DNA of 64,000 nt. It comes from Anthoceros angustus. Lineage: Eukaryota > Plantae > Anthocerotophyta. The notes beneath the pieces are model-generated. The model was not told the origin of the DNA. It was given only the letters and a program-made list of their open reading frames with translations, and searched no databases. Of the stretch, positions 36,571 through 50,459 are shown piece after piece; the first letter of the stretch is position 1; the number at the start of each line of letters is the position of its first letter. The DNA is taken from positions 1-64,000 of the forward strand of contig VJWM01000126.1 of the NCBI GenBank assembly GCA_010909165.1. Direction: 5' to 3'. The translations under genes were made by a program, and so were the position numbers.

Positions 36571-37228
36571 ATGATGCCGTATAACCGCCAATCAAGCCAA
36601 GTGGTCGTGAAAATTACGTTTTCAATGTATAATTGTACAATTTCCTAAATAAGGTGAGTATTATTTCCTAAGTATTTGCTATGATTATTTCCAGTGTTTT
36701 CTAGTATCGCCTAATCACGGTTTGTGTCTGTTTCGTTTTGTTTTGTAGGTTCCATTGTTGTTGAAGTAGAGTTCAATCTAGCGAGTTCAATCTATCGGTA
36801 TTTACTCTTCATTAGTTGAATTTGTATTTCATGCCATTCTCGGATATACAGAAACTCGCAAAGAAAAGGTTTCTTTGTTGGTTTTGTATATCCCGGATCC
36901 GCATGAATATTATTTAATGTAAAATGTTTTTGTCGATTAGCGATTTTGGTGGGATTTCTAGAATGAGCTTCTAGACCTTTGGTATTCACTTGGTCGTCAT
37001 GTTTTCTACTCTAGTGCTCTATTTTCTACCTTGATGGTAGATGATTTTACCCCACTTGTATGGTTCGTTGTTTTGTACCTTGATGGTAGATGATTTTCTA
37101 CTATCTTGTAATGAATTTTACTCTGGGTAAAATAATGACCAAAAGGTCAATTTTCTCTCTCTAAAATTTACCGCACTACCCCAAAAACTAGTTACGCCGA
37201 GGCCCCGCATTTATACGCGATTTTACGA

Positions 37229-40200
37229 GTTGGAAGCTCTGCCGAACAAATAAATTCAAATGTAGAATCGCCCACACCAGTACCCAAACATTCACCCTCA
37301 TACGATTTAATAATTGGCTTCCAGCGAATTGTTCGACCCACCGTGACACGCAATCACTCTTTCTTTTCCTTCCCGATCCACTGCAAGTATGCCCGATTCC
37401 GTTGCACTCCAATGCAGATACTGAGTGAACGGTTTTCAAAATCAGGCCGTTTGAGCATGGGCCTTTCTGACAGTTGATCCTTTAACTCCTGCCAAGCATG
37501 TTCATGTTTTTGCTCCCACTGCCATTGTGCCCCCTTTTTCATCAGATCATACAATACCTTGCGAGTGCTGCTCATGTTCTTGATGAATCGGCGATAATAG
37601 TTGACAAGTCCCAAGAATGCTCTCAACGCGGCTACGTCCCTTGGTCTTGGCATAAGATTGACAACTGCACCTTCGCCACGCGGCAAAGACGCCTCGGCAC
37701 AATCTTGTGGCCCAAGTATTCTATCTCCTTGTAAGCAAACTTACACTTCTTTGGATGTGCCTTCACCAGAATCGACATACCGCAGCAACGCTTCGAGGTG
37801 CTGAATGTGTTCCTCTGCATCAAAAACACCAATGTCATCAATGTAACACCTCACGAATGGTAATCCTTGCAACTCCAAGTCTCGCCACCCTCCGAAAGTA
37901 GATGGAAGCGTTTTCAGCCCAAAAGGCATCGCTCCCATTCCCACAACTGTTCTTTGCCCCGAGCCGTTTTACACTTGTCTTCTTCGATGACAATTTGATT
38001 GAATCGAGCGGAAATCCAACGTCAGAAAATACTTGGCCGCCAATCGCAAAGATTTCATCCGGGGTAGGCATGGGATATCGCTCCATAGGCGTTACCTCAT
38101 TCGGCCCGATAATCTCCACACATCCGCTTTGTCCTTCCATTCGCCGTTTCGTCTTTCTTTAGCGGAAGTGGCCGCAGATACGTGAACTTGATTTCAATTA
38201 ATCCACCGCAGCAAGTTCCCTACACCGCTTATCCACAATGTCCCACTCTGCTGGGCTCAACTTGTGCCGTCTTCGGAAAACCGGCTCATTGGTAGTAGTG
38301 ATGATTTTGAACTTGATGCGCTCATAACGTCCCAGCTCTTGCCAGCTGAACGCGAAGGTACCCCGATTCTTCTCCAAAGATCTCCGGATCCCGCATTGAT
38401 CCTCGATATTCAAGTCCTCACATATTTGCCATACATGAGTTGAATGCCCACTCGTGCTTTCCACTCGACGATACTTCCGCACTATTCGCAGATTTGGGTA
38501 CTTGTCCCGACGGACGTAAACTCTTCCCGTCACCCATCATCATACACGACCTTCCCTGTCTATCGACTTGCATTCACCGTGTGGCTATTCCACACTCACC
38601 AACCATTGCACACGTGTCGTCAAATGCTTGTCCCGGTTTGCATCCGAAAGCTTGACACACCTCGCGTATAGGTGCCATCGTCAAAACCCATCGCTCGTTC
38701 CGCTCTACAATCGTGGGTTCCCCATCTCCTCACCATTCATGTTCAATACCATGCCCGCACCACCTCGGCGAAAGGCATATGGTGAGCCGTCTTGACGATG
38801 TGGGCCAAGCTCTCTGGTTCTCCCACAATATTGACAGGATAGTGTGGCAACCTATCCATCCTGCTCACACATTGCGATCGCCCGCCTCCTCAAGGATCCC
38901 ATCCAGTTCCGCTTAGTTGGTGTGGTTAAACTGATCTTTGCTGAGTGTTTCCACACTGCAATGCTGTGTCGCGGAGACGATGAGCATCGACACCGCTTGC
39001 ACCGTCAATGATGAACTCCTCGCCCGGCTCGACCTTTTCATAATTTTCTCTCACATGACCCGTTTGTCAAAGCTCAAACATTCTCCAGCAAGTACCAACA
39101 TGCCGGATTGCATCGCTGCACTTCTCTCGATCCGTATCACTTCCCCGCCCGTGACTCCGTTGCCTTGACCACGTCCGCCTTGGAAAAGGTCTTGCACTCC
39201 CATCCCGCAATCCATGTCAACCGGGCATCTCATCAGGCGTGCTTTTCCCACCAAAGATCACACAAGCGCTTTGGTCGGCACCCTTATGGCTTCCACACTC
39301 GAAGCTCGGATGCATTTTTGTAGCGATAATCCTGGATTTGGCCAACGCCGAGTCTTCTCATCAATTTCTACACACGTATACTTCCGTGCCAATCCCACAT
39401 CGCAAAGACACACTCCACCACTACTAATCCTCGAACACAACTCCATGAGATGGATGCCCTGCTCATGCACTCGCCACCGAATCACTTGGTTATCGATTTG
39501 TAACCCCAGTTTCCTATGATCATTGCGGGGTGCTTCTTCCGGACAATTGCGGTGATTCGCCATATTTGCATCCGCTCGAATCGCTCTCTTTCCAAAGCCT
39601 CTACGGGTGGGTATACTCACGCGCACATCATTCGATGTCGTGCTTTCTTTCGACACCTCGTGTCGTGCCAGGTCTTGCGTCTCTTCCCACACCTCCCCTC
39701 GGTGAACACTCTCGGCTGTGCACGCCGTGAACGCCAGCATACTTCTTGATCTTTCACCATGCCTCCTCATGTCCAGAGGAATTCTGGCGACATGTGTGAA
39801 ATCTCCATCCCGCCACTTTGGCCTGTAAAACGCCACGGAGTGCAGCGGATCCACCCCCATTGCTGGCCCGTGCGTAGCATCTGCACCCAATAACACATCA
39901 TAGTTTCGTGCATCTGAAACCAAACAATGTACTTCCACCACACACGCATCCGCTCGAATCGCTCTCTTTCCAAAGCCTCCTCTGGTGGGGAGTCGACTCA
40001 CGCGCATCATTCGATGTCGTGCTTTCTTCGACACCTCGTGTCGTGCAGTCTTGTCTCTTCCACACCTCCCTCGGTGAACACTTTTACTGCAGTGAGCATG
40101 ACATACTTCTTGATCTTTCACCATGCCTCCTCATGTCCGGAGGAATTCGCGACATGTGTGAAATCTCCATCCGCCACTTTGGCCTATAAAAGCCGCAGTG

Positions 40201-40870
40201 CGGCGGATCCACCCCATTCTTTGGCCCGTCGTAGCATACACAATAACACATCATAGTTTCGTGCATCGAAACCAAACAATGTACTTCCACCACACACGCA
40301 TCTGCTGTTCACGGCTTATACTCTATCCGAATCGGATCGCGAGTCATCCCCATCACTGTTCTTTGGTGCTGCGGATGTGGTGATCCATACCTCACACGCC
40401 GCTTGTCTCCATACGATTCGGTGCTTCTTGCACCGTGCCCCAAGCAACACGGATCGGCACGGTGTCTACTAACACACACTCCGGTGCAAAGCCATTGGCG
40501 GTGACTTCTCGTTCGCGATTCTTCACTAACGCTATTCCACCTTTCCCTAGCCGGCTTTAGGTGATCACCACGTGGTGACAAGCCGGACACCATGTTCAAC
40601 TCGGTGGCTTCCTTCTTAATCCATGCCCGCATTGCTTGCTTGAACGGTTGTGTCCGGATCCCTGTGTCCCGCAAACTTACGGTACATCCATGGCTTTTTC
40701 CAATGTAATCAGATTAGGAACAACCTCATCCGATGTGTGGCGTCGTCCTCGTCTGGATGCACGAATGACTTGGGCATTCTCAACTGATTCGCCCCATCGG
40801 CCTTCACTTTTACACCTTGCCGAAATCAATGCTTCCCACTTTGGTCTCGCTTGACCTTTCCGATCATCAA
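37229..40870 (-). pseudogene. pol: Ty3/gypsy central part: gag end, aspartic protease, RT, RNase H N-terminus
   Basis: VDT[G]ADPCCLG and NYDVLLG (protease); YPMPTPDEIF, MPFGLK, RCYIDDI (RT); KRPDF, SYEGECL, QSFQLV (RNase H). Duplication of about 380 bp at about 39565-40300. Confidence 0.9.
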
Positions 40871-41544
40871 CGCGTAGTCGCTGGGCCTCGTCTGGGCCTC
40901 GACTACCAGCTGGTTTTTTTTCGGGGTAGTGCAGGTAAATTTTTAGAGAGAGAAAATTGACCTTTTGGTCATTATTTTACCCATAGAGTAAAATTCATTA
41001 CAGTATAGTAGAAAATCATCTACCATCAAGGTACAAAACAACTGAACCATACAAGTGGGGTAAAAATCATCTACCATCAAGGTAGAAAATAGAGCACTAG
41101 AGTAGAAAACATGACGACCAAGTGAATACCACCGGTCTAGAAGCTCATTCTAGAAATCCCACCAAAATCGCTAATCGACAAAACATTTTCTGTTAAATAA
41201 TATTCATGCGGATCCGGGATATACAAAAACCAACAAAGAAACCTTTTCTTTGCGAGTTTCTGTATATCCGTAATGGCATGAAATACAAATTCAACTAATG
41301 AAGAGTAAATACCAGAATAGATTGAACTCGCTAGATTGAACTCTACTTCAACAACAATGGAACCTACAAACAAAACGAAAACAAAGACACAAACCGTGAT
41401 TAGGCCGATACTAGAAAACACTGAAATAATCATAGCAAATACTTAAGAAATGATACTCACCTTATTTAGGAAATTGACTGTATAATTATATGATTGAAAA
41501 CGTAATTTTCACGACCACTTGGCTTGATTGGCGTTGTACAAAGA

Positions 41545-44500
41545 TCATTCTTGGCAACCAATTGATGAAGCGAGGACTTGGAAATTGTCCGGCTTCACGC
41601 AAGGTGACAACCTAATAAAATACAACCATTGATTTTCAATGTCTGCGATTAATAAAGAGCATAAGAAAACTTACCAATCTCGACGGATTTTCGCAGATAG
41701 CGGCAAATATCTCGAGACACATTCTTCGCTCTCTTTTCCACTGCGGTCTTGAACCTCTTGCGCTCTATCTGCCGGCTTTCTCTTGATGCTTAATGTGCTC
41801 TTGTCTCCTCTCCACATTTCTCCGCCTCGATCTCAAGGGCTTTCTCTCTTGCTTAGAGACTCGTAATTCAACCGACGCCTGTCTCTCTATAAGAGCCTCC
41901 AAATCCTTTTGCGAAACTCCAATTCTGCTCATCATCATACTCCAATTCCGTACTCGCGCAATCTCGAAGCCGCTCTCAAAGCCACTTCCATTTCCATTTG
42001 CAACACAGTCGCAATACAATATCGAGGTGCTACCACACCACATTTCGTCTCCGGTTAACTCGGATGATGATCACACTCACTATGCACAATGCCCTCCAAC
42101 AGAGGGACCATCGCATCCACTTCCCTCAGTGTATCAATGTTGAAATGAGGGAGAAGGTCGCTTCCACTAGTCGCAGGATTCACAACCGCCAAGATAAACA
42201 TAATCGAAACTCCAATTCCTTTACATCTATCATACTCCAATTCCGTACTCGCGCAATCTCGAAGCGCTCAAAGCCACTTCCATTTCCATTTTACGTCGCG
42301 GTGCAATACAATATCGAGGTGCTACCACACCACATTTACATCTGGTTAACCGGATGGTGATCACACTCACTATGCACAATGCCCTCCAACAGAGGGACCA
42401 CGCATCCACTTCCCTCAGTGTATCAATGTTGAAATGAGGGCTGAAATTTCCACTAGTCGCAGGATTCACAACGCCAAGATAAACATAATCGAAACTCCAA
42501 AAGAAGTGAAAACAAACAAATGACAAAGAATCAACCTTGTCAACATATGGAATTTCACTAGAACACCCAGTTGTTGGTCTACTGTTATCCATCTGAATGC
42601 CTTGGCCACTGCTTTCAGGAGGTATGTTTGCAACCAAAACGCCACAGTCTCCCACCTGCCCATAACAACAGAGACCAGTATGATTAAAACAGATCCAACA
42701 TGGCCAGACTGCAACCAAGGAACCTGACAATACCAACCTGAACTTCAGGACACAGTGGACCAAATGGTGCAGGAAAACTCAGTTCGGTGCTGACATTGTT
42801 CAAAGGTCTGCTTTCATGATGAACAACAGGAGTTGCTACAGAGACCTAACACACAAAAAACAAGTCAAGACACAGGATTAGTCCAAAAAACAAGTCCCTA
42901 CAAACTTGCAACAAATCTCAAACACTTACATTGTTAACCTGTTGCACTCGCAAGGGGTGCTGATCTTCAGGCTGACTAGAAAATACAATTTCAGGAGTCA
43001 CATTGAGGACAGTTGACGGAAGAACACCCCTTAAATCATCCTGCATCCGATTCAGTTCTTCGTTCAAAAGCTCCTGATAGGATCGCCGCTCACGAACAAG
43101 GACTCTTCTGCTGCTTTGCTTGACTGCACGGTCATATCTCGCAAACCATATCAAAACATCGTGAAGGAACATACAAAGGACTCAAATGTCACAAGCTTTC
43201 AAAACATATTACCTTGAGAATCCAAAGATCCGCTTTATGGCCAACACACTTCTCCCAAAGATCGAAGGCACCGAGCCATCGTCAAACGTGTAATCATTGT
43301 TACACGGCAGCTCTTATTGGTGTAATAGCCAACGAGCCCACCGCTACCCATGGTCTTCATGAACCTTGACAACATTCCTTTTGAAACACGGAGTTTTGCA
43401 TACCAAGCCTAGCCAAAAACAAGCAGTTAGTAAATACAAACCACAAAACTTAAGCCCAATAACAACAAAACTTAAGCCCAATAACAACAAAACTTACATT
43501 TGATCTTGGGTTATCAATTGTTGAATTGAACAAAACCCCGAATTGATGATTTTTGTCGCTTGACCACTTGGGAGAGTGTTCAATATGACTCTAAAAGTTT
43601 CGATAACATCCCGTCAGAATCTTGACCTTTGACGAAAATGCTCACTCTGGTAATTCTTCATGTCCACTTTATAATTTTTCGAAAGCCGTTCTTGATACCT
43701 GCAAATAAAAGCGAGCTTAATACAGTACATCAAAACAACCAAAACATACCAGTACGTCCAAGATACAAAACAACCAAAACATACCGAACAAAAGGTCCTC
43801 GAATCTGAGAGAACGAAGTCCACGATGAGCGGGTTATGTAACTCTTCACCACCTCGAACTCCAAACTGGTCATGCAAAAATATGCACACACGCAAACAAT
43901 AGAGACAGACCTCCGTTTAAAACCATAAATGAACAATCAAAGTGCACCCCTAAACCAACAATATTACCTTTTTGAGCCCAAATGAGCATTGATGATCTCG
44001 TGTGAAAGAATCACGCTCATCATCGAAATCAACTTCACCTCTTTTCGACATGACACAATTCCAAGATCCTTGCGATTTTCATGGACGCAACCACCGCTCG
44101 GGACCCATGGAAAATTCCATGAAACATGTTGATCATCGAACATCGTAACCAAGCCGGCTTTGGTTCAAGATGCACTTCCTTGTTAAAATTCGGTTAAAAC
44201 CACGAAAGAAAGACATCAACCTGCACAAGAGAGAATGAGAAATCAGTCATGTGAATGAAAGTCAGAACTATCAAAATCAACAAGTCAAAAAACATCACTA
44301 CTTACGTTTCTGGAGAAAATCTCCTGTTGTCCTTCAGATTCCGAACTTGATGGAAAAAGGGTATCAGAATAAGATTTAGATCCTTGTAAGGAATATCCTC
44401 AACAGGAGTATCCCATCCCCTGACCCCACTCACTTTCATAAAGGCCCCGACGACTTGACACCGCTTATTATTCGCCGCTTTGGACCTATCCTCCCCACCA

Positions 44501-45154
44501 CTCAAGCATCATTCACTCCCTCCGGGACTATTGGGTCAAATCCACTCTCGAAAATTGCTTCATCATCAATTTCCTCCATACCCATGGCAAAGTCATCTTC
44601 GGATCATCACACTTTAGCCTCTCAAACATATCAAGCACTTCTTGATCGGGGATGACTCGGTCGGGAACCACAACAGTATGGAAAATCGCCCAAAGCATTC
44701 TGCTCAACGGCAGACACAAATCTCTAGACTCATGTGTTTTGGCGGCACTCACAACCATGGGATCGTCGTTATCAAGAAATCATTCTCCCCACAACCGGAC
44801 CCCTCTCTTTAATCGACATAGTTAGTAATCTCGCAAGAGGACCTTCAACCAAAGCCACAGTCGAGTGTCCACCCTTCTCCTCTTCTCGAACAAACTCACC
44901 GCACGTCCGAGGCCCTTCTTGGATGAAAATCGCCTTGGCGGTTTGGGCAAGTCTTTTTTGGGAACTAAGTACGTTCCTTCGCTGTGCACCAAGACACCAT
45001 CAACTTTACCATCATCCTGCAGCGGATGAGTTGCAGTATGCAGAACCGCGGATTTGACACGCTGTCTTGTATATGGCTTGGCCATAACTTCAGCCAGAGA
45101 TCCTTGTTTTCTTCCCGGCCCAGCAGGCCCAGTGGGTTTTCTTTTAGGAGCCAT
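41545..45154 (-). CDS. Tyrosine recombinase gene of copy B
   Basis: MAPKRKPTG; KDLNLILIPFFHQVRN; FGVRGGEELHNPLIVDF; YQERLSKN; YTNKSCRVTMITR; GHK; RYDRAVKQ. End approximate. Confidence 0.8.
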
Positions 45155-45939
45155 CTGCAAAAGCGAGAACAGAATTGAGTGGTCAAGGAACTTGACAACA
45201 CAAACATCCTGCAGGAAGTTGACAAAAGACAAAATAAAAAAGCACTTACATGGTGTTCAGAACTTCCAGATAGGAACCTGCTGAAGGGTCTAACAATTGA
45301 TTATAAAACAATCGAGGACGAGGATAGGGATGGGGGATATGGCACACATTCATTGAATATACACATTGTTAAATATTGAAATCCCTCCACTTTTGGTTAG
45401 TGAGAGATAACTCCTTTTCAAACAACACCCACATACTTCTGTAATAGAAGACTTTGTCGGCAAGTTAGATTTAAGAGGAAAAAACAAACAAAATAAGGTT
45501 ATCCGCAGACACAAACAACAAGAGTAACAAACAACGCAAACTACGAGATTTAATCATGACTTCAAATTCAGAAATGGTTATCCCGATTCACGCATGCCGT
45601 AATCGAATGTTGGCGGTCAACCCTTCACACGATGAACAATAAAGCCTACACACACAGGTAAAGAATTAGATTATTCACAGAGAACTCACAGCTACGTTAA
45701 AAGACAACGAGGTAATTATCAATGAGGGAAATCATCAAGTTTAAAATCCAGTTCACATACCATATGCGGGGTTACACCCGAACAAAACGCCTTATACGTC
45801 CAGGCAGAATGTCTGCATCAAAGCAAGAACCTTAGAATAAGAATGAGACAGAAACGGATTGAAAGCCTGACAATGCACGTAAAACAATAACCAAAACCAC
45901 ACAATTCAACAAACGGTGACGTTGTCAATAACGTACCAG

Positions 45940-48200
45940 GTTGGGTGCCGAACTCAGAGTCCAACTTTGGCGGGAAAACTTGACTGCATCAGAGCGAACA
46001 GATAGTAAGAAGACAATGAACAAGACTACATCGTCGACACAAAAAGTTGGGTGCGAACTCGAGTCCAACTTTGGCGGGAAAACTTGACTGCATCAGAGCG
46101 AACAGATAGTAAGAAGACAATGAACAAGACTACACTGTCGATTGCGATCAAAAATGGGTGAAACTAGACACAAATGAACAGTACTGCGCTGTCAATTACG
46201 TACCAAGCTGGGTGCCGAACTAAGAGTTTAAATTTTCGGGAGAACTTGACTGCATCAAAAAAAGCAAGATGGTAAGAAGACAATGAAACAAAGAAGACGC
46301 TAACAGACGAGTAAAATCGTCACACCATGCAGCTGACCTTACAAACTAAGCCAAGCTGCAACCACAAAACCTCGAAAGCTTTAAGTCGAAAAGAGTTACT
46401 ACTGGTCGCTTATAAAACGAACCAAAGACCAAGGTCGATAAAGAACAATCACCTAGAATACTGCAGTACCAACGTCATACAAGAGCACAATATCCACAAA
46501 GATGCTGACCTTTATCTAAGCCTAGCAACAAAAGTTCAAAGCTATGAGCCGAAAATAGTTACTGGTCGTTTCATAAAAGCGAAACAACGCAACAAAAAAA
46601 GGCCACGAAAACACGAACACTCAAACAACGCAACAAGAGTAACAAAACGGCGAATGATAAGAATCGAAAACATCTATGCATGCAGTCATTCCCTAAAAAG
46701 AACAAGACGCAAACGAAAACACGAACACTCGAAAACAACATAAAACGAAAACAATCAAAACAAAGACCAAACGAGAGCCAAAAACATACGGCCACAGGGA
46801 CAATCAGAGACCAAAACCGCACAAAACAGAAGCCAAACAACAATGGAAAGAACAAGAAACGAAAACAACAATGGAAAGAACAAAACGAAAAGAAACCGAC
46901 TGAGCAAAGGCCTTCACCCTAAAGCGAACACACCGCCTTCGTGCCAAAACACCTTGGCCTTGAACAAACAAAACCTGACGTTAGGTGCAGAGACACCTTG
47001 ATCTTCGGACATGGAAACCCCGCCTTGAAGAACCAAAACAAAGCAAAGAAAACGACCTTGGCCTTGAAAAGAACTTTCGGCGGACCTTGGCCTTGAACAA
47101 ACACCGAAAGGCATGTGCCCGGACAGCCCCGAAAGAACCTTGAACAAAGGCCGTGAAGAGCCCGGAAAACTTGAACAAACACTTAGCCTTGGAGCAGAGC
47201 TCAAACACCTAGGCCTTCAAGGAAGACATGTAAGGCCTTAGCCTTGGAAGCAGGCGTAAAGAACAATGGCATGAAACTAGAACTCAACACGTAAGCCTTT
47301 GAGGAGACCTCGAAGCTTTAAGTCGAAAGAGTTACGTCGTTTTCATAAAAGCGAAGCCAAACAACAATGGAAAGAACAATCACCTAGAATCATGCACTCA
47401 CCTGGCGTCGAGCACAATATCACATGCTGACCTTTATCTAAGCCTAGCGCAACAAAAAAAGTTCAAAGCTATGAGCCGAAAATAGTTCTGCTGGTCGTTT
47501 CATAAAAGCGAAGCCAAACAACATAAAACGAAAACACGAACACTCGAAAACAACAACAAGAGTAACAAAACGAAGGCGTAGACAAGAATCGAGAAAACAT
47601 CTATGCATGCGGTCATTCCCTAAAAAGAACAAGAAACGAAAACACGAACACTCGAAAACAACATAAAACGAAAACAATCGAGACCAAACGAGAGCCAAAA
47701 ACATACGGCCACAGGACAATCGAGACCAAAACCGCACAAAGCGAAACAACAATGGAAAGAACAAAGCGAAAACGAAAACAACATAAAACGCAAAGAAACC
47801 GAAATTGAGCAAAGGCCTTCACCCTAAAGCGAACACCGCGCCTGCCAAAACACCTTGGCCTTCGAACCCTAAAACGGACGTTAGGTGCAGAGACACCTTG
47901 ATCTTCGGACATGGAAACCCCGCCTTGAAGAACCAAAACAAAAGCGGCAAAACGACCTTGGCCTTGAAAAGAACTTTCGGCGGACCTTGGCCTTGAACAA
48001 ACCGAAAGGCATGTGCCTTGACGAGCTGAAAGAACCTTGAACAAAGGCCGTCGGCTTGGGCGAGCTGAAAACTTGAACAAACACTTAGCCTTGAAAAGAA
48101 CAAGAAACGAAAACACCTAGGCCTTGAAGGACGGCACTTAGCCTTGGAAGCAGGCGTAAAGAACAATGGCTCTAGAACTCAACACGTAAGCCTTTGAGGA
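45940..48200. repeat. A/C-rich repeats of copy B: unit of about 105 bp x3, then a unit of about 0.9 kb x2 containing CCTTGGCCTT minisatellites
   Basis: gggtgc(c)gaactc.. at about 45945, 46050 and 46210; 46380-47250 is repeated at 47300-48200. Confidence 0.75.
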
Positions 48201-50459
48201 GACCGAAGCCCCTTAAAGCGAGCGATAACGAAGCAAGTAAGGCGCGACGTGAACGACAATTGTGTCTACACTATGAGTGCGCCAAAGCGGTACCTCAAAA
48301 CCTTGACTAAAACGAAGAAAATGAAGGAGCCTTGGCCCTTGAAATACAACTTCAAAGAACACACACAATTTGGCCTTCCCCTACACATTGAGCGCTAAGC
48401 CTGAAACACAACTGCAGCTACGCAACCTGCCACTCCATCCGCACAGACAGCACGAAAACCTAACACACCGCAGCCTACGCTCACCGCAGCAAACCCTAAC
48501 ACACCGCAGCTACGCAAGCTCGACTCCAACCGCACAGACAGCACGAAAAGACTTCCAATTGCCAACTGAGCGCCTTATATAGGCCACCAAACCCTACCGT
48601 TCTCGCTCTGTCGGCGCCGCCACTCTCTCTCTACCAGACCTAATTCTAAAGTACCGAACCTAAGCTTCCGAGCCGGACACCGAACCAACCGCGGTTCGCC
48701 ATTCGACCGCCGCCGCCAAACCCTCAACCAAACCTAATCAGCCTAGTCCAAACCTAGCCATGCATCCAAACCTAAAATCAAGCTCTAAATAGGTAGAAAC
48801 GGTCACAGCCGCCAAAATGCTCAACCTTCTGGAACCCTAAAAACGGACTACATAAGCAGCTCTCCCGCCAAACCCTACACACCGCCCACAACGCCGCCGC
48901 TTTCTCGGGCCCTGAGCTCAGCGGTCTGGAGCGGGTCTGGAGCGGGTCTCGAGCGGGTCTGGAGCGTGAAGGCTTTGGAGCGTGAAGGATTTGGAGCGTG
49001 ATGGTCTCCTCTGCTCCCCGCTAACGCCCTAAGCGGAGAGCTCTTCACGTCACAGCTGATCCACCTCAGGTGACAACGGGGACAACGCTGCAGAGGTGCT
49101 TCGTGCGACCAGAAGAAAGGTCCATGGTTTTGTTTTGCTCTCCTTACTTTGAACATCGCTGCCTTTTCCATTGATTTTCCTTACTGACCTTGCCCTGACC
49201 TCTTCTTCTACACAGGACGCCATCACACACCCACACTGCACTCTCAGGTTGGTGTCTGTTGGTTCTCTCCTACGCCCACCGCCCACCACAGCCAAGCTTG
49301 TGTTTCGTTCCACGCCCCACCGCCCACCACGCCAAGCTTGTGTTTCGCTCCACGCCCACCGCACCACGACGCCACCGGTCGCTCTACCACGCCCGCCGCT
49401 GGCGCTTTTATCTTCGCTAGTCCACGCCCACCGCCCAACTCGCCGCTGTGTTCTTTTCTTCGCCCTCGCCAGGCCGTTGTCTTTTGTAGTGGTGCGTGTT
49501 TCTCGGCTTCCTCGCGCCCATTGACCCTTCGACGGCTTTTGAAGTACATGCATCAACTGGCACCGCCACGCTTCAGCACGTTGCATATGCCCACACGCAC
49601 TCGTTGGTGTCTGGTTCTCTCCTACGCCCACCGCCCACCACAGCCAAGCTTGTGTTTCGTTCCACGCCCACCGCGCACCACGACGCCACCGCCCACCACG
49701 CCACCGCTGGCGCCGCTTTGTATCTTCTCGCTAGTCCACGCCCAACTCGCCGCTGTGTTCTTTTCACGCCCTCGGTGCTGTTGTCTTTTGTAGTGGTGCG
49801 TGTTTCCTCTTCTCGGCTTCCTCGCGGCCCATTGACCCTTCGACGGCTTTTTGAAGTACATGCATCAACGGCTCGCCACGCTTCAGCACGTTGTATATGC
49901 TTACACACGCAAGAAAGGTCGAAAACCGCCGAAGTTTGCGGTAGCTCGAGTCTTTGTATGCGATTTCTCCTTTGTCCCATCGATCGTCGGTGAACCTTGC
50001 GCTATCACAGGATCTATGCATGTTTCTTTTGTATCGTTCTTTAGTCCCGCTCCGACATCAGACGCTTTAGGTATCGCCGCAGTTCAATCGGATTGGTGCT
50101 CAAGAACTGTTTTAACATTACGATGCAGGAACAAACAATTGGCTCGCGTGAAGCACTCGGAGCGTTGATCGTGAACGTAAGTTATTCGCCCTTGCTCAAC
50201 CCACGTCGCTTTCGCGATTTCATGTTTAGTTTGATTTGACGCAAGCTGTCCCCTACGGTATTCTAATGGCCTTTTGGCGGAATCAGGATGGAATCGAGAA
50301 CAAACAATTGGCTCGCGTGAAGCACTCGGAGCGTTGATCGTGAACGTAAGTTATTCGCCCTTGCTCAACCCGTTGATGTTTCGCGCGCGATTTCATGTTT
50401 AGTTTGATTTGACGTAAGCTATTTCTACGGTATTCTAATGGCCTTTTGGCGGAATCAGG

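Larger units (their letters stand above)
23512..37222 (+). mobile_element. Large Crypton-like tyrosine-recombinase element, copy A (13.7 kb)
   Basis: Interrupts gypsy RNase H (..QSFQLV|TDHRPL..). Exact 6-bp direct repeat TTACGA at 23506-23511 and 37223-37228. No LTRs or TIRs; encodes a YR; second copy at 40871-52503 in inverse orientation. Confidence 0.85.

Noticed and set aside
23512-37222. Classification as DIRS/Ngaro, Helitron, Maverick or TIR transposon
   Set aside because: There is no RT, Rep/helicase, polB or DDE transposase inside the element, and no terminal inverted or split repeats. The adjacent RT belongs to the interrupted gypsy.
40861-40875. Exact ATACAA duplication at the left end of copy B
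   Set aside because: Reads ATCAA and needs at least one inserted base; treated as compatible but unproven.
46327-49993. Long ORFs in the A/C-rich and CCACG-rich repeats (also 28036-33000)
   Set aside because: Low-complexity compositional ORFs, not conserved in frame between copies A and B.
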